64,000 nucleotides of DNA, from positions 91,780,204 to 91,844,203 of the forward strand of contig JAUZTB010000087.1 of NCBI GenBank assembly GCA_034780895.1, written 5' to 3'. The translations under genes were made by a program, and so were the position numbers. The DNA comes from Rhynchobatus australiae. Lineage: Eukaryota. Below the pieces are notes generated by a model. That model did no database searches, had not been told where the DNA came from, and worked only from the letters and a program-made list of their open reading frames with translations. Shown here piece after piece: positions 36,590 through 48,435 of the stretch (position 1 is the stretch's first letter; each line of letters opens with the position of its first letter).

Positions 36590-37133
36590 TCTAAAACTGA
36601 ATATTTATTTATATTGGCACTATCAAAGTCAAGGTAGGTCATGCAAGGGGTTTCCACCAGTTTGCTTGATGGGGAAATTAATATTGCCACAGACTCCCAC
36701 CAGCATTTTCAATGGAATATATGAAAATTTGCCATTAGTTTTTTTCAGTACTATGCCACTTTCCTCACAGCTGACTTACTTTAATTGACTTGGATACAAT
36801 AAAATTTGATTCAGGTTTATCATCCTCATTCCATCAAACCTAGAAATACAGAATCTCACTGAACTGCTGCAGATGAATCAGCTGCAAGTTGCTGAAATAA
36901 TGCTATCTGGTTGTTTATTTTGGATATCAGTAAAACCACTTTAAAATAAGCATGTAGATGCAAGACAAAAAATGAACTCTTTTTCCAGTCTTTTGATATT
37001 CGTCGAGTAGTATTAGTTTATTGTTTCCCATGCCACGTTCATTATCACATTGGTAGTGTTCAGAGCTCTGGGGTCTGAGTAGGAGCCAATGGAGCATATT
37101 TCTTATGAATACTGCTCCAAGAATTGTTTGTAC
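36590..37133 (-). other. Putative non-coding terminal exon of POPDC2
   Basis: Strong minus-strand acceptor ttatttctattgtgttattttcccctgcag|G at 37133. Minus-strand AATAAA at 37017-37022, 36914-36919 and 36604-36609. It pairs with the donor 44 nt after the POPDC2 stop. The 3' end is uncertain. Confidence 0.5.
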
Positions 37134-37920
37134 CTGCAGGGGAAAATAACACAATAGAAATAAGATAAGGATAAGATGTATTTTCCAAAAAACAAGTGCA
37201 TAGAGACTTTTTAAAAAGAATTTCATACATTTTCATGTCCTTGCATTTACTGTTAAGCTAACAATATAGATTAAGATATAATACTTTTCTTAGATATTAC
37301 TTTTGAAATAGCTTATTGGGAATTTATATTCGTGTGACCATAATAATCCATTATACACCTCCAGATTAATGCTTATGTAGTGGTCAGTTGGTTTTAGTTT
37401 ATACAACAATGATAGTACTTTCCAGATTACTTTTGATACTACATGCCTGATAAAGTTTATTCTTAATGTTGGAAACAATCCTATCCTCTTACAGATATTT
37501 CTATATTAAATCCTATAATAGGCAACTCCCTTCTCTGTTTATGGGAAGCAGCTGTTGTTCCTGCAGTATTATTGGCGTTCCAATTATGATATACAGGAAC
37601 CACAAGAAAACCAAACTGGAATGTAGGACAAAAAGTGATCATAGGCACGTAAGAACACTTCCTATCAAAAATATACCAGCATATAGTACAAGAATACCAG
37701 ACTGATCTTAGATTAGTGAGTGTTTCCAAAATATATTTTGACTGCCAGGTCTTTTACTTTCACAGTGGGAGATCAAATTAAAATGTATTCAATATATTTA
37801 TTGCAAGAAAATTGTCATTCATGCACAGTTTTATACAATATTGTCTGTTACATGTTCTAAATATAAAATTTAAGATTGGAAAACTCTAAGTTTTAAGAAT
37901 GTACAAATAGCTATATTTAG

Positions 37921-38121
37921 CCCCCCATCTCCTCCCCCCACCCGCCCACCTCCCCACACCCCGCCCCCACACCCACCCCTCACTCCCCAACNNNNNNNNN
38001 NNNNNNNNNNNNNNNNNNNNNNNNNNNNNNNNNNNNNNNNNNNNNNNNNNNNNNNNNNNNNNNNNNNNNNNNNNNNNNNNNNNNNNNNNNNATCCATCTT
38101 TCACGCCCCCCCACCCCCCCA
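37921..38121. repeat. C-rich low-complexity tract containing a 100-N gap
   Basis: Many runs of 3-6 C on both sides of the gap at 37992-38091 (G-runs on the minus strand). Confidence 0.85.
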
Positions 38122-41100
38122 ACTCCAAGCTAAATACAAACTTAGTAAGTGCAAACCTACTTTCTACCCTTAGTATTGCAGTTGTTTGTTGCATTTTAAG
38201 GCTGCCTGAAAGAGTTAATCTTACTCATGGGAACTGAACACAAGTTAACTGAAAGCTTTTAGGATACTTACTCCCTGGTTTACACATCAGTCCACAATTT
38301 CCCCACATCCTGTTCATTTCAATGGATTGATAAAATTTAGGCCAATGAGTGCATAGTAGAAAAACTGGGCCAGAAAATTAATACCAGTATGTCCTTTGTG
38401 AACAATCTAATTAAAATAATACCTTAATGGGATATCAGGAAACAGCCAAAGTGAATAGCTTTGTTATTCATGAATATCTGAGAAACATAAACTTATTACA
38501 ACAGATTAACCATGTAGACCTTGCTATGAACATTGTTAGTTTAGCTATAATTAACATAGAATTGAACAATCAGACAAATAGAATTTACATACCCAATTTC
38601 TGGATCAGTTAACTGCAAATCTTGAATTTCTTCCCATGTATAAACAATTGGAATGCCTCTGAAGAACTATATAGACTCTACTAAGAATGTTAATGGTGCA
38701 GAAATATCCGATCATTTGTTTATTATCCTTAAGTAGAATTTATCTAACCAATTTATGGATCACTTAAAAAAAATTGAATTTCCTACATTATGAAAGACTG
38801 AAATAGGATAAGTGATCAAATAAGCAGAGCTGAATCACTCTTTTATCGTTGATGTGATATAACTATATATAGAAAACAGTTATTGAAAGAACTATCCATT
38901 AACAAAGATGGTAAAATGACAAATACAAGAGTGAGGAGCAGGGGTAAACTATTCACCCCTTTGAGTCTGCTCCCCCATTTAGTCAAATCATGGGTCTTCA
39001 NNNNNNNNNNNNNNNNNNNNNNNNNNNNNNNNNNNNNNNNNNNNNNNNNNNNNNNNNNNNNNNNNNNNNNNNNNNNNNNNNNNNNNNNNNNNNNNNNNNN
39101 NNNNNNNNNNNNNNNNNNNNNNNNNNNNNNNNNNNNNNNNNNNNNNNNNNNNNNNNNNNNNNNNNNNNNNNNNNNNNNNNNNNNNNNNNNNNNNNNNNNN
39201 NNNNNNNNNNNNNNNNNNNNNNNNNNNNNNNNNNNNNNNNNNNNNNNNNNNNNNNNNNNNNNNNNNNNNNNNNNNNNNNNNNNNNNNNNNNNNNNNNNNN
39301 NNNNNNNNNNNNNNNNNNNNNNNNNNNNNNNNNNNNNNNNNNNNNNNNNNNNNNNNNNNNNNNNNNNNNNNNNNNNNNNNNNNNNNNNNNNNNNNNNNNN
39401 NNNNNNNNNNNNNNNNNNNNNNNNNNNNNNNNNNNNNNNNNNNTTAAGTAAATAAAATGGAAAAGTCACCTTGGTGCAGTATGGGGTGTTCATCTGCATT
39501 TGTCTTAAAGTAGATCAGAATATATAACTTACATCGATCTATAATGCTGTACGTAAATGAAATTTAGCTTTCCAGCATTGCCATCTCCCACAAAGAAGAA
39601 CTGCAATTCCACATTGTCACATTTTCAACATTTATAAAGACTTTCACATAAAAATAACATTGTCCAATTACAGCTAAATGCAGTATATTATAACTATTTA
39701 TACACTAAAGATAGATCTAGAAAAATGTGTAACTACAATAAGTGTTTCCTTAATATAGGAAGTTTACATTCAGATCCTACAGTGAAGTATATTAAGCTCC
39801 AAAACTATAGGCATTGGTGACAACACAAAGGAAGGAATGTTTGATCCATTGGGTCATTCCATTCAATACTGGGCAATTTGTGTGGTTTATTACCTTTTCA
39901 GCTTTTCAATCTAAGAATGCAGATAAAATTCTAAGAAAGGTGAAATAATTTGCATTTGTATTTTGCTTTACCTTAACAGCATTTTGTAGCTGAACCCTTT
40001 CTATCCTCACTGTCATGAGGGAAAAATTAAGAATTTCCTCCAGATATTGCTGCTAACCTTGATTTGACTGAAAGCAATTCAAACCCACAATGTTCCGGCT
40101 GAATGTTGCGAGTGCCACCCCTTGAGAAAGATGGGGTGGGGAGAAACATTATTATCTGTTCATTCAGACTTTAGCCCACTAACATACATANNNNNNNNNN
40201 NNNNNNNNNNCTAACTACATCAAAAAAAGGTGCCATGTATGCAGAACATATCATGAATCAAACCACAGAAATTCACTGTACTAAAATTGGCATTTTGTCT
40301 GTTGTATCTATGCCAATAGATTTATAATCTAGGTCTTCATGGTTATGTGAAATGCGTCACACTATTCATCCATGAAACAATCACCCACAGTACTGTCGTA
40401 AGACGAAATCTTGTTTCTATACTTTGGGGCAAGCTTTCTTCAGATTACATGAGAAATCAATATAATTCGGGACAGGGATGAAATATGACAGCCCAGCATC
40501 CCCATTTTCCATCAGAATGATTTCTGGACGATTCTGAACACAATTAATGTGCATCAAAAATATAGGAACTCTAACATTCCAAAGTGATGTTGATTACTTA
40601 AAAGAAATTTGCAGAGCCAAGAAGGGTGTACTTCTTTGGCAATTCATGACAATTGAATGTTTTATTTAAGCTGAAGCACTACCCTTCTCCCCATTACTGT
40701 TGTCTTTCAATTTACTGTTGAGATGATAGCCTTGGTTATAAAGTTGCATATATGGCCAATTCCTAAATACCCAGAGAAAGTAATCTTTGTGGAGTGCTGC
40801 AGTCCTTCAATGGTGGTGTTTCCATGATCATGTTTGAGTAAGGGTCATGAAATTCCTAGTCTCTGATGGTGAAAGAATAGTGATTGTGTTTTCCCCACTT
40901 TTCCTACTTGGTAGAGTTATAAGGATGTACGGATGTGCTGTTAAATGAACCTAAGTCTACATTTAGTCTCCTGGAATCTTGCTTTTTTTTTGCAGGTGAA
41001 ATTAACAGGTAATAAAAAGCAACTTTAAACCATCATGATACTTGATGAGAAAGTGAACATTTACTTGCAAAATTTCCTGGCCACACTCATGGTCTACTTG

Positions 41101-42651
41101 GATGTAGGATATAGATCTTTTGTAATTCATGAATGCCCCAGTGCTGTGTATAGGAGCATGTGTTCAAAATAACAGCATCCTGGATTTCACATAAATGAGA
41201 TGAAATTATTTGATTAACAAACTTCGTTAGTTGTTCACTGATCCTCATGTTTTATGAACTGGTGCAGACTAAGTTTTGTTTCAAAATTTTCAAAGTGCTA
41301 ATGCTTCTAGAGTATGCAAAACAAANNNNNNNNNNNNNNNNNNNNNNNNNNNNNNNNNNNNNNNNNNNNNNNNNNNNNNNNNNNNNNNNNNNNNNNNNNN
41401 NNNNNNNNNNNNNNNNNNNNNNNNNNNNNNNNNNNNNNNNNNNNNNNNNNNNNNNNNNNNNNNNNNNNNNNNNNNNNNNNNNNNNNNNNNNNNNNNNNNN
41501 NNNNNNNNNNNNNNNNNNNNNNNNNNNNNNNNNNNNNNNNNNNNNNNNNNNNNNNNNNNNNNNNNNNNNNNNNNNNNNNNNNNNNNNNNNNNNNNNNNNN
41601 NNNNNNNNNNNNNNNNNNNNNNNNNNNNNNNNNNNNNNNNNNNNNNNNNNNNNNNNNNNNNNNNNNNNNNNNNNNNNNNNNNNNNNNNNNNNNNNNNNNN
41701 NNNNNNNNNNNNNNNNNNNNNNNNNNNNNNNNNNNNNNNNNNNNNNNNNNNNNNNNNNNNNNNNNNNNNNNNNNNNNNNNNNNNNNNNNNNNNNNNNNNN
41801 NNNNNNNNNNNNNNNNNNNNNNNNNNNNNNNNNNNNNNNNNNNNNNNNNNNNNNNNNNNNNNNNNNNNNNNNNNNNNNNNNNNNNNNNNNNNNNNNNNNN
41901 NNNNNNNNNNNNNNNNNNNNNNNNNNNNNNNNNNNNNNNNNNNNNNNNNNNNNNNNNNNNNNNNNNNNNNNNNNNNNNNNNNNNNNNNNNNNNNNNNNNN
42001 NNNNNNNNNNNNNNNNNNNNNNNNNNNNNNNNNNNNNNNNNNNNNNNNNNNNNNNNNNNNNNNNNNNNNNNNNNCTGGTTAAAACAACAGTTATATATAT
42101 TTACAAAGATATGGAATGATTAGGCTGTGGAACTGAACTTGTCTTCCTACAATGGGAAAAGAACTGAATTGAAAATTAAAATATTAAGATGTTGAAAATC
42201 TGAAACAAAAACAGAAAATACTGGAAATATTCTGCAGGACTGGCACCATCTGTGGAGAGAGAAACAGTTTCAGGTTGTCAACCCTTCATCAGACTTTCAT
42301 TACAAACAGAATTTGTAATAAGTTAATGTGAGCATGCAGTTAAACATGTTTTAAATTTGCTAATTTATCCCAAACATCATTTATCTGTTTGGTAGGTTAA
42401 ACAATCTGATAGAAAAGTTTAACTCAGAGTATTAAAAGGAAACTATATTAAGTCCAAATTAATACCGTATGTCAACAACAGCAGGACACCCCAACTGATC
42501 AAGGATAGTTTTTCCACTTACCACATATATTGTGGTCCAGCAGAATCAGATAGCCAAGTTAGTTTTTTTAGATGTAGTGGTAAGCTTTGAAGCAGCAATG
42601 TACTTACACATGAATGGACAGACACAAGGTTTTATCACATTTACTGGATCA

Positions 42652-43080
42652 TTATTTCATGTACTCTTTTTCACTGGTATATTCCATAAATGATCCAGTC
42701 ATATCTGCAAAGTCTTCCAGAACTAGGCTGGTTGAGTCCTCACCAATAAGGTCGGTGTGATCCGGAGATGATTTTTTACAGGGAGATTCTTGAGGATGAA
42801 CTGAGCTCTGAGGAACATGATGGGGACTTTCTGCGATCTTCTCTTTCTCAGATTCGACAGACGGTGCTAATACATGATAAAGACTTGGTAGCCGGATGTC
42901 ATAACGGACCCCGCCCCTGCAGTAGAGCTTGTCAATAAGTGAGTAAAGTTTATCTGCAATGTCATTTCCTAGCAGAACAGTGAATAGACGTGCAATATAG
43001 TGGTGTTTAGCCAAGAGTAGATATAACTTTCTTCTCTTCCATGTCACATAGTAACAATCTGTTTCTGCTGTCAGTGTCAC
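42652..43080 (-). CDS. POPDC2: Popeye domain-containing protein 2, coding exon 3
   Basis: Acceptor tctgtttttcag|GTG at 43080; reads VTLTAETDCYYVTWKRRKLYLLL...DIADKLYSL...DIRLPSLYHVL...GEDSTSLVLEDF...EKEYMK*; 429 nt including TAA. Total CDS is 1032 nt (343 aa). Confidence 0.95.
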   Translation of the reverse strand: MTLTAETDCYYVTWKRRKLYLLLAKHHYIARLFTVLLGNDIADKLYSLIDKLYCRGGVRYDIRLPSLYHVLAPSVESEKEKIAESPHHVPQSSVHPQESPCKKSSPDHTDLIGEDSTSLVLEDFADMTGSFMEYTSEKEYMK

Positions 43081-44247
43081 CTGAAAAACAGATACATTGA
43101 TAGATGACATAGTTGTATCAGAAGGACTTAAATTCCAAGTATCACCAAGTGAAAACTTGCATGCATGTGGTTTGTAGACCATTTATTCTTAGTTTCTTTT
43201 CCATGGCACTATTTTCATGCCTCTGAGGAGCTTTTCCAAATGATGTCTAGAATATCAAGGGAAATATGCCCAAAATTTACCAGTATTCAATTCCAGCAGG
43301 CAAAAAAAACATCCTTCTGAGAATGTTATTGATAACATCATCCCTTATATGTCCAGATGGGACAGAGAATATTGGCCACAAATAAATTTCCTTAAGGGAA
43401 ATTAAATCAATTTTTTAATGCTTTGTATGATAAGTTTACAGAAAATGTGCTTTAATAATGAAATTTAAAGTGAAGCTCATTGTTTATAGAATTAGTATTG
43501 TCATCAGATTATCTCCAATTGACATAAAATGCAGATTACTGAAATGAAAGGAGAAAATATTGGAAACATTCAGCATGTCAGTCAGCACAAGTAGGCAATA
43601 GTAAGGTTAACAATTCAGATTGTGGGTCTTATGTCAGAACTATTTCATATTCAGAAATATTTCATTTTTCTAGCATCTTCAGGCTATGATTTCTTGGTTT
43701 TAAATAATCACATTATGAATACTTTGAAGATTAACTAGATTAAATGAAATTTATAACAGCAATTGAATAACTTTGTGATTCCCTGTTTCCTACTTCCTCA
43801 ATCGAGAGAGTAAACAAGACTGCAAAGGTCATCAAGGAATCAATAATAAGTTTTAACTTAATTTTAAATAAATGTATTAGTTCCTGTGAGGTTCTGTATT
43901 AACACATTTTAACCAGATTAGAGAGTTTGCTGGGTATCCCATGATATCTCCAGTTCAATGCTAATTTTAAGGAGTGATAACAGTGCACTATTCCACTTAG
44001 AACATACATAAGGGTTTAAGCTTACATGAAATCAGGTGCTCCTAAGAGTCAAATTTGGCTCTTGGTTTATTTTTCCTTAAAATACTCCTACATCATAATG
44101 AAAACTGCCAATATAAAATTCTCATGCCTGTCCATTGATACTATTAAAATATATAGCCACAAGACAGTCATCATTTGTCCAAAACTTATTTATCTTGGTG
44201 ATTCACTTTAAGCATCAAAAACATTAAAAAAAAGAAAATTGTATTAC

Positions 44248-44356
44248 TTGAAAACTGCCCTCTTCATTAGGCCGCAGAGATTCCCATTCTGGTGAGTCAA
44301 GGAACTGATAGGGAAAGATATAGTGCAGAAACTGCTGATCATGAGAAACACGAACC
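44248..44356 (-). CDS. POPDC2: POPDC2 coding exon 2 (VRVSHDQQFLHYIFPYQFLDSPEWESLRPNEEGSFQ)
   Basis: Acceptor tttgtgttttatag|G, 109 nt, donor CAA|gtaata. Contains the DSPE motif and the first half of the FQVT cAMP-binding motif. Confidence 0.96.
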
Positions 44357-45315
44357 CTATAAAACACAAAATGTTTTTGTTGCCTTTACAAATTATGTAT
44401 TTTTTCATATTTGCTTTGAAAGTAGTATTTTATTTGGAGGTTGTTTTCTGAATCAAGTCTCTCCACGTCATTGCAGTACATACGGACAGCACGCAGGCAT
44501 GGTATTCCCTTAACTCTACCAAATTCAATCTATATTCAGAAAATAGGACTTTTCAACGTTGCTAATTCAGCTTGGTTTAACAAGTATGAAAGAAAAAGTA
44601 GGAAATTGCTATACAAAACATTTCACATTACATTGTGATCATTGCTTTTCTTAGACATTTTAAGATATGATCCATGCTCCATTACTTTTCTGGGCCATCT
44701 TTAAAATATGATCCAAAATCACTTCCTTTGTTCTCCTGATATTTGAAATTTTGAAAGGAATCACTGATTTAGATTAACCAATGCTGATACGTTGATCAGT
44801 TCTGGGGAAATTATGACATTGAATCAGAGTAACTGATGACATTTTTTATACAAGTGTAGCATTCTCAGGAAAACATTTCTGATGATTTGGTTAATGATTT
44901 TTCATTTTTTGCATCCACGTGCATTAATAAACTAGAGCAAAATTGTACAAGGTGCCAATAAGCATGGTTTTACTAAAATGAATGCAAAGGACAGTATGGT
45001 AGTTGGTGGAGGGAGACCTGTTTATGGAAAGTTGTGAGCTATAAATCATATCTGTATCCTGTGTGGAGAAATCGAGAATTGCTGCAAAGGTAGCTTGTAT
45101 AATGTGGTTCACGAGGAAAATCATTATGGACATTAAGTAGGCTAAATAGGTCGTACATTTGCAGCANNNNNNNNNNNNNNNNNNNNNNNNNNNNNNNNNN
45201 NNNNNNNNNNNNNNNNNNNNNNNNNNNNNNNNNNNNNNNNNNNNNNNNNNNNNNNNNNNNNNNNNNGCATACCTCGAAGAGACTTCACAGAGGAGCAGCA
45301 AAATGGAGATGCAAG

Positions 45316-45510
45316 AGACTGCAGATGCTGGAATCTGGAGCAACACACAAAAGAGCTGGAGGAGCTCAGTGGGTCAGGCAGCAACTACGGAGGGAAATGG
45401 ACAGTCGACCTGAAACATTGACTGTCCATTTCCCTCCATAGACTCTGTCTGATGCACTGAGCTCCTCCAGCTCCTTTGTGTGTTGCTCCAGATTCCAGCA
45501 TCTGCAGTCT
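45316..45510. repeat. Long inverted repeat made of two head-to-head Penelope-type termini
   Basis: 36-bp perfect outer stem, one mismatch, 19-bp stem, short imperfect part, then an 18-bp perfect inner stem. Confidence 0.92.
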
Positions 45511-46097
45511 TATGTCTCCTGTCTATACTTATTTGCAACTGCTCAAAATTACAATTTCCATGGTCAAAGTCTGCCAATATAATTAAATGGATTATCCTGG
45601 AGTAATTTGGGTGTGCATAAGGAGGGCAAACTAGAGCATACCTTTGCCACCCCTTCCCCAATAATCATCTTTATAAAAGTGGGCTAGAAATTGTGCAGTG
45701 CCTTAAAAGGTACGTTAAGGCAGCTTTGCGTGGCATTAATACAGCAGTTTTCTACAAAACCATTTGCCAGTGGTATTCTTATCATACCTGAAGTTGAAAA
45801 TGTTATGCATCACTAGGACGGGCTTTGCACATTGTATGCAAAAAGGCCTTTTGCCTGGTGGTTCAGGTGAAGCTATGGATCACAAACACAGGTGAAGGTG
45901 GATATGGAGGAGGGGCAGTAGAGATGATAGGGAGTAGAAACAGGATCAGAGTTTAGAAATGACTGGATGGTGGAAGGGTGGATGGTTGATTAGGTATTTG
46001 CTTTCCAAACTATTAAACAGAACACATATTGGGGGCAATGATACAGACTCATTTGTGGAAAAGTGGTGGGTTGTTTTGCAAGTGGAAAGTGTTAATT

Positions 46098-46390
46098 AGA
46101 TAAGATATCTTTATTAGTCACATGTACATCAAAATAGATAGTGAAATGCATCTTTTGCGTAGCGTGTTCTGGGGGCAGTCTGCAAGTGTGGCCACGCTAC
46201 TGGTGCCAACATAGCATGCCCACAGCTCCTAACCCATAGATCTGTGGAATGTGGGAGGAAATCAGAGCACCTAGAGGAAACCCACACAGACACGAGGAGA
46301 ACGTACAAATTCCTTACAGACAGTGGCTGGAATTGAACCCGGTTACTGGCGCCGTAATAGCATTACGCTAACCGCTAGACTACCGTGCCA
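46098..46390 (-). mobile_element. tRNA-derived V-type SINE, relatively young
   Basis: Minus-strand head ggcacggtagtctagcggttagcgtaatgct...ccgggttcaattcc (A/B boxes) and V-domain tgggtttcctctagg. The tail 'atctttattagtcacatgtacatc' recurs at ~21067-21090. Confidence 0.8.
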
Positions 46391-46614
46391 CATTGCTGGG
46401 TAGAAAGCATGAATTGAATGGCTTGATTAATGTTTGTGAGGCACAAATGACTGTAGCAAGAAAGGAGATTATTGTGGGACACCAAACTACTGCAGAAACT
46501 TGCTGATATCAGTGTACTTTAACAACATCTGTTGAGCCATCACAGAGAGTACATTTAGTGAGATAGAGCCCTGTGTTGTAAACAAAATGTGATTGGATTC
46601 TGAAAATAAAAAAA

Positions 46615-48435
46615 AAACTTCAAATGCTAGAAACCTGAAATAAAGATAGAATATGGTGAAAACACTCAGCTGGTAAGAAAGCACCTGTGGAAAGAGTTAG
46701 AATTTCAGATCAGAGCCTCTTTGTCAGAACTGGAGAAAGAGTGGGAGAAGGCTGTGGGAGGAATGGATACAGATAGAGGGAATATGTGTGATAGAGTGAG
46801 ACCAGTTCAAATAGGTTAATTACAGTTCTTTATCTGTGTTATTTGTCGCTAATAACAGGATAGTGGGACATGCCCACAATGTCAGGCCACACTAATGGAG
46901 ACAGAATAACTCAATCAACATCACAGATGGATGAGTTACAGTAGAAATAGCCAGTTCCGATACAGACAGAGAAAGCGAGTTACCTGAAGCTGGAGAACTT
47001 GATACTGAGTCTGGAAGGCTGCAACATACCCAAGTGCTTCAGTTCTACTTGGCACCCACCCTTAACTGTTTATCTGGTTCATTGACTACTGCCTTGGTGC
47101 CTCTTCCTGCACTTACAGAACTTGAAAATGTCATTAGTCTTACTGCTAATTTCAACCCTGGTCTCATCTTCACATGGTCCTTCTTTGACATTTGCCTTCC
47201 CTTTCTGGATCTCTTTATCTCCACCTTAGGAGATAGACTAGGTACAAACACCCATTATAACCCTACAGATTCCCATAGCTACCTTGACTATACTTCATCC
47301 CAGCCCGCCTCTCATCCCATTCTCCCTTTTCCTCCATCTCTGTCACATTTGCTCCGATGATGAGACTTTCCACAAAGGTATCTCTGAAATGTCTTCCTTC
47401 TTCCTAAGTTGTGCTTTCTCTCCATCATGGTGGACAGGGCCTATGATCAGATCCACCTATGTCATGCATCTCTGTTCTCACACCTCTTCTCATGCGGAGA
47501 GCAAGGACAGTGTTCCCTGGTCCTCACCTTCCACTGTCACCTTCAATAGGATTCCTCCACCAGAAAAATATTCCCCTCCACTTTCAGCATTTTGAAAGGA
47601 CTGTTCCCTTCACATCTCCCTGGTCTGCTTTTCCATCCTCACCAACCACTCCGTCTCACAGCACTTTCCCATGAAACTGCAGGAGATGCAACATCTGTCC
47701 TTTCACCTCTTCCCTTTCCACCATCCAGGGACCCAAATAGACTTTATAAGTGAAGCAGCAATGCACTTGCACTTCTTGCAATCCAATGCACTGCAATCAG
47801 TGTTCACAATATGGTCTCCTCCATGTTGCAGTATTGGCTGATTGCTCTGTGGATCACTTGCATTCAGCTCATTGAAGTGACCTGAGCTCCCTGTTGCCTG
47901 CTTCTTTAGTGATTCAACTCACTCCCATTCTGCCCTTTCTGTCTATCGTCTCCTGCATAATTACAACAAGGCTTGAGAAACGATACCTCATTTTCCATCT
48001 GGACACATTGGAGTTTTCCAGGTTTGCAGTCAAATTATCCAACATTAGGTAACTGGCTTTCTCTGGCTGTACAAGAACGGGCCTTTTCTGCTCTCAGTTA
48101 TCCATCTGTGATACTGGCTTAGTTTTTCTCTCCACTTTTGGACAAGCTGATCTACGGCGTATGTATCACAGCTCTGCTAACAGCAAAACACGGGGACAAC
48201 AAATGTAATCACCCTCTAATTGCCTCCTTTTGCCCATTTGAACTGGACCCACCCTATCATAGATATTCCCTCTATCCCGTCCAGCCCTCCTGCCACCTCC
48301 CAATATCTTTAAAACCACTTTTTAATATCTCTTTCCCAGTTCTGACAAAGGTTCCCTTACCTGAAATGTTAACTCTGTTTCTCTTTCCACACGTACTGTT
48401 TAACCTGCTGAGTGCTTCCAGCATTTTCTTGGTTG
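46615..48435 (+). mobile_element. Penelope-like element with inverted terminal copy (RT C-terminus plus GIY-YIG remnant)
   Basis: The body encodes ELENVISLTANFNPGLIFTWS..LPFLDL.IS..GDRL.T..HYNPTDSHSYLDYTSS and a decayed CTS.N...C..CS.YGLL. 46615-47030 is an inverted, diverged copy of 47990-48435. Confidence 0.85.

Noticed and set aside
40981-41016. Plus-strand 13-nt micro-exon-like pattern tttttttttgcag|gtgaaattaacag|gtaata
   Set aside because: No partner exons or reading frame, it lies past the TAF13 poly(A) signals, and it is compatible with chance.
43081-43182. In-frame N-terminal extension of POPDC2 exon 3 ending in ...SVFQ, mimicking the FQVT motif
   Set aside because: This is intron sequence. 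The acceptor tttcag happens to encode FQ, and the true FQ comes from exon 2.
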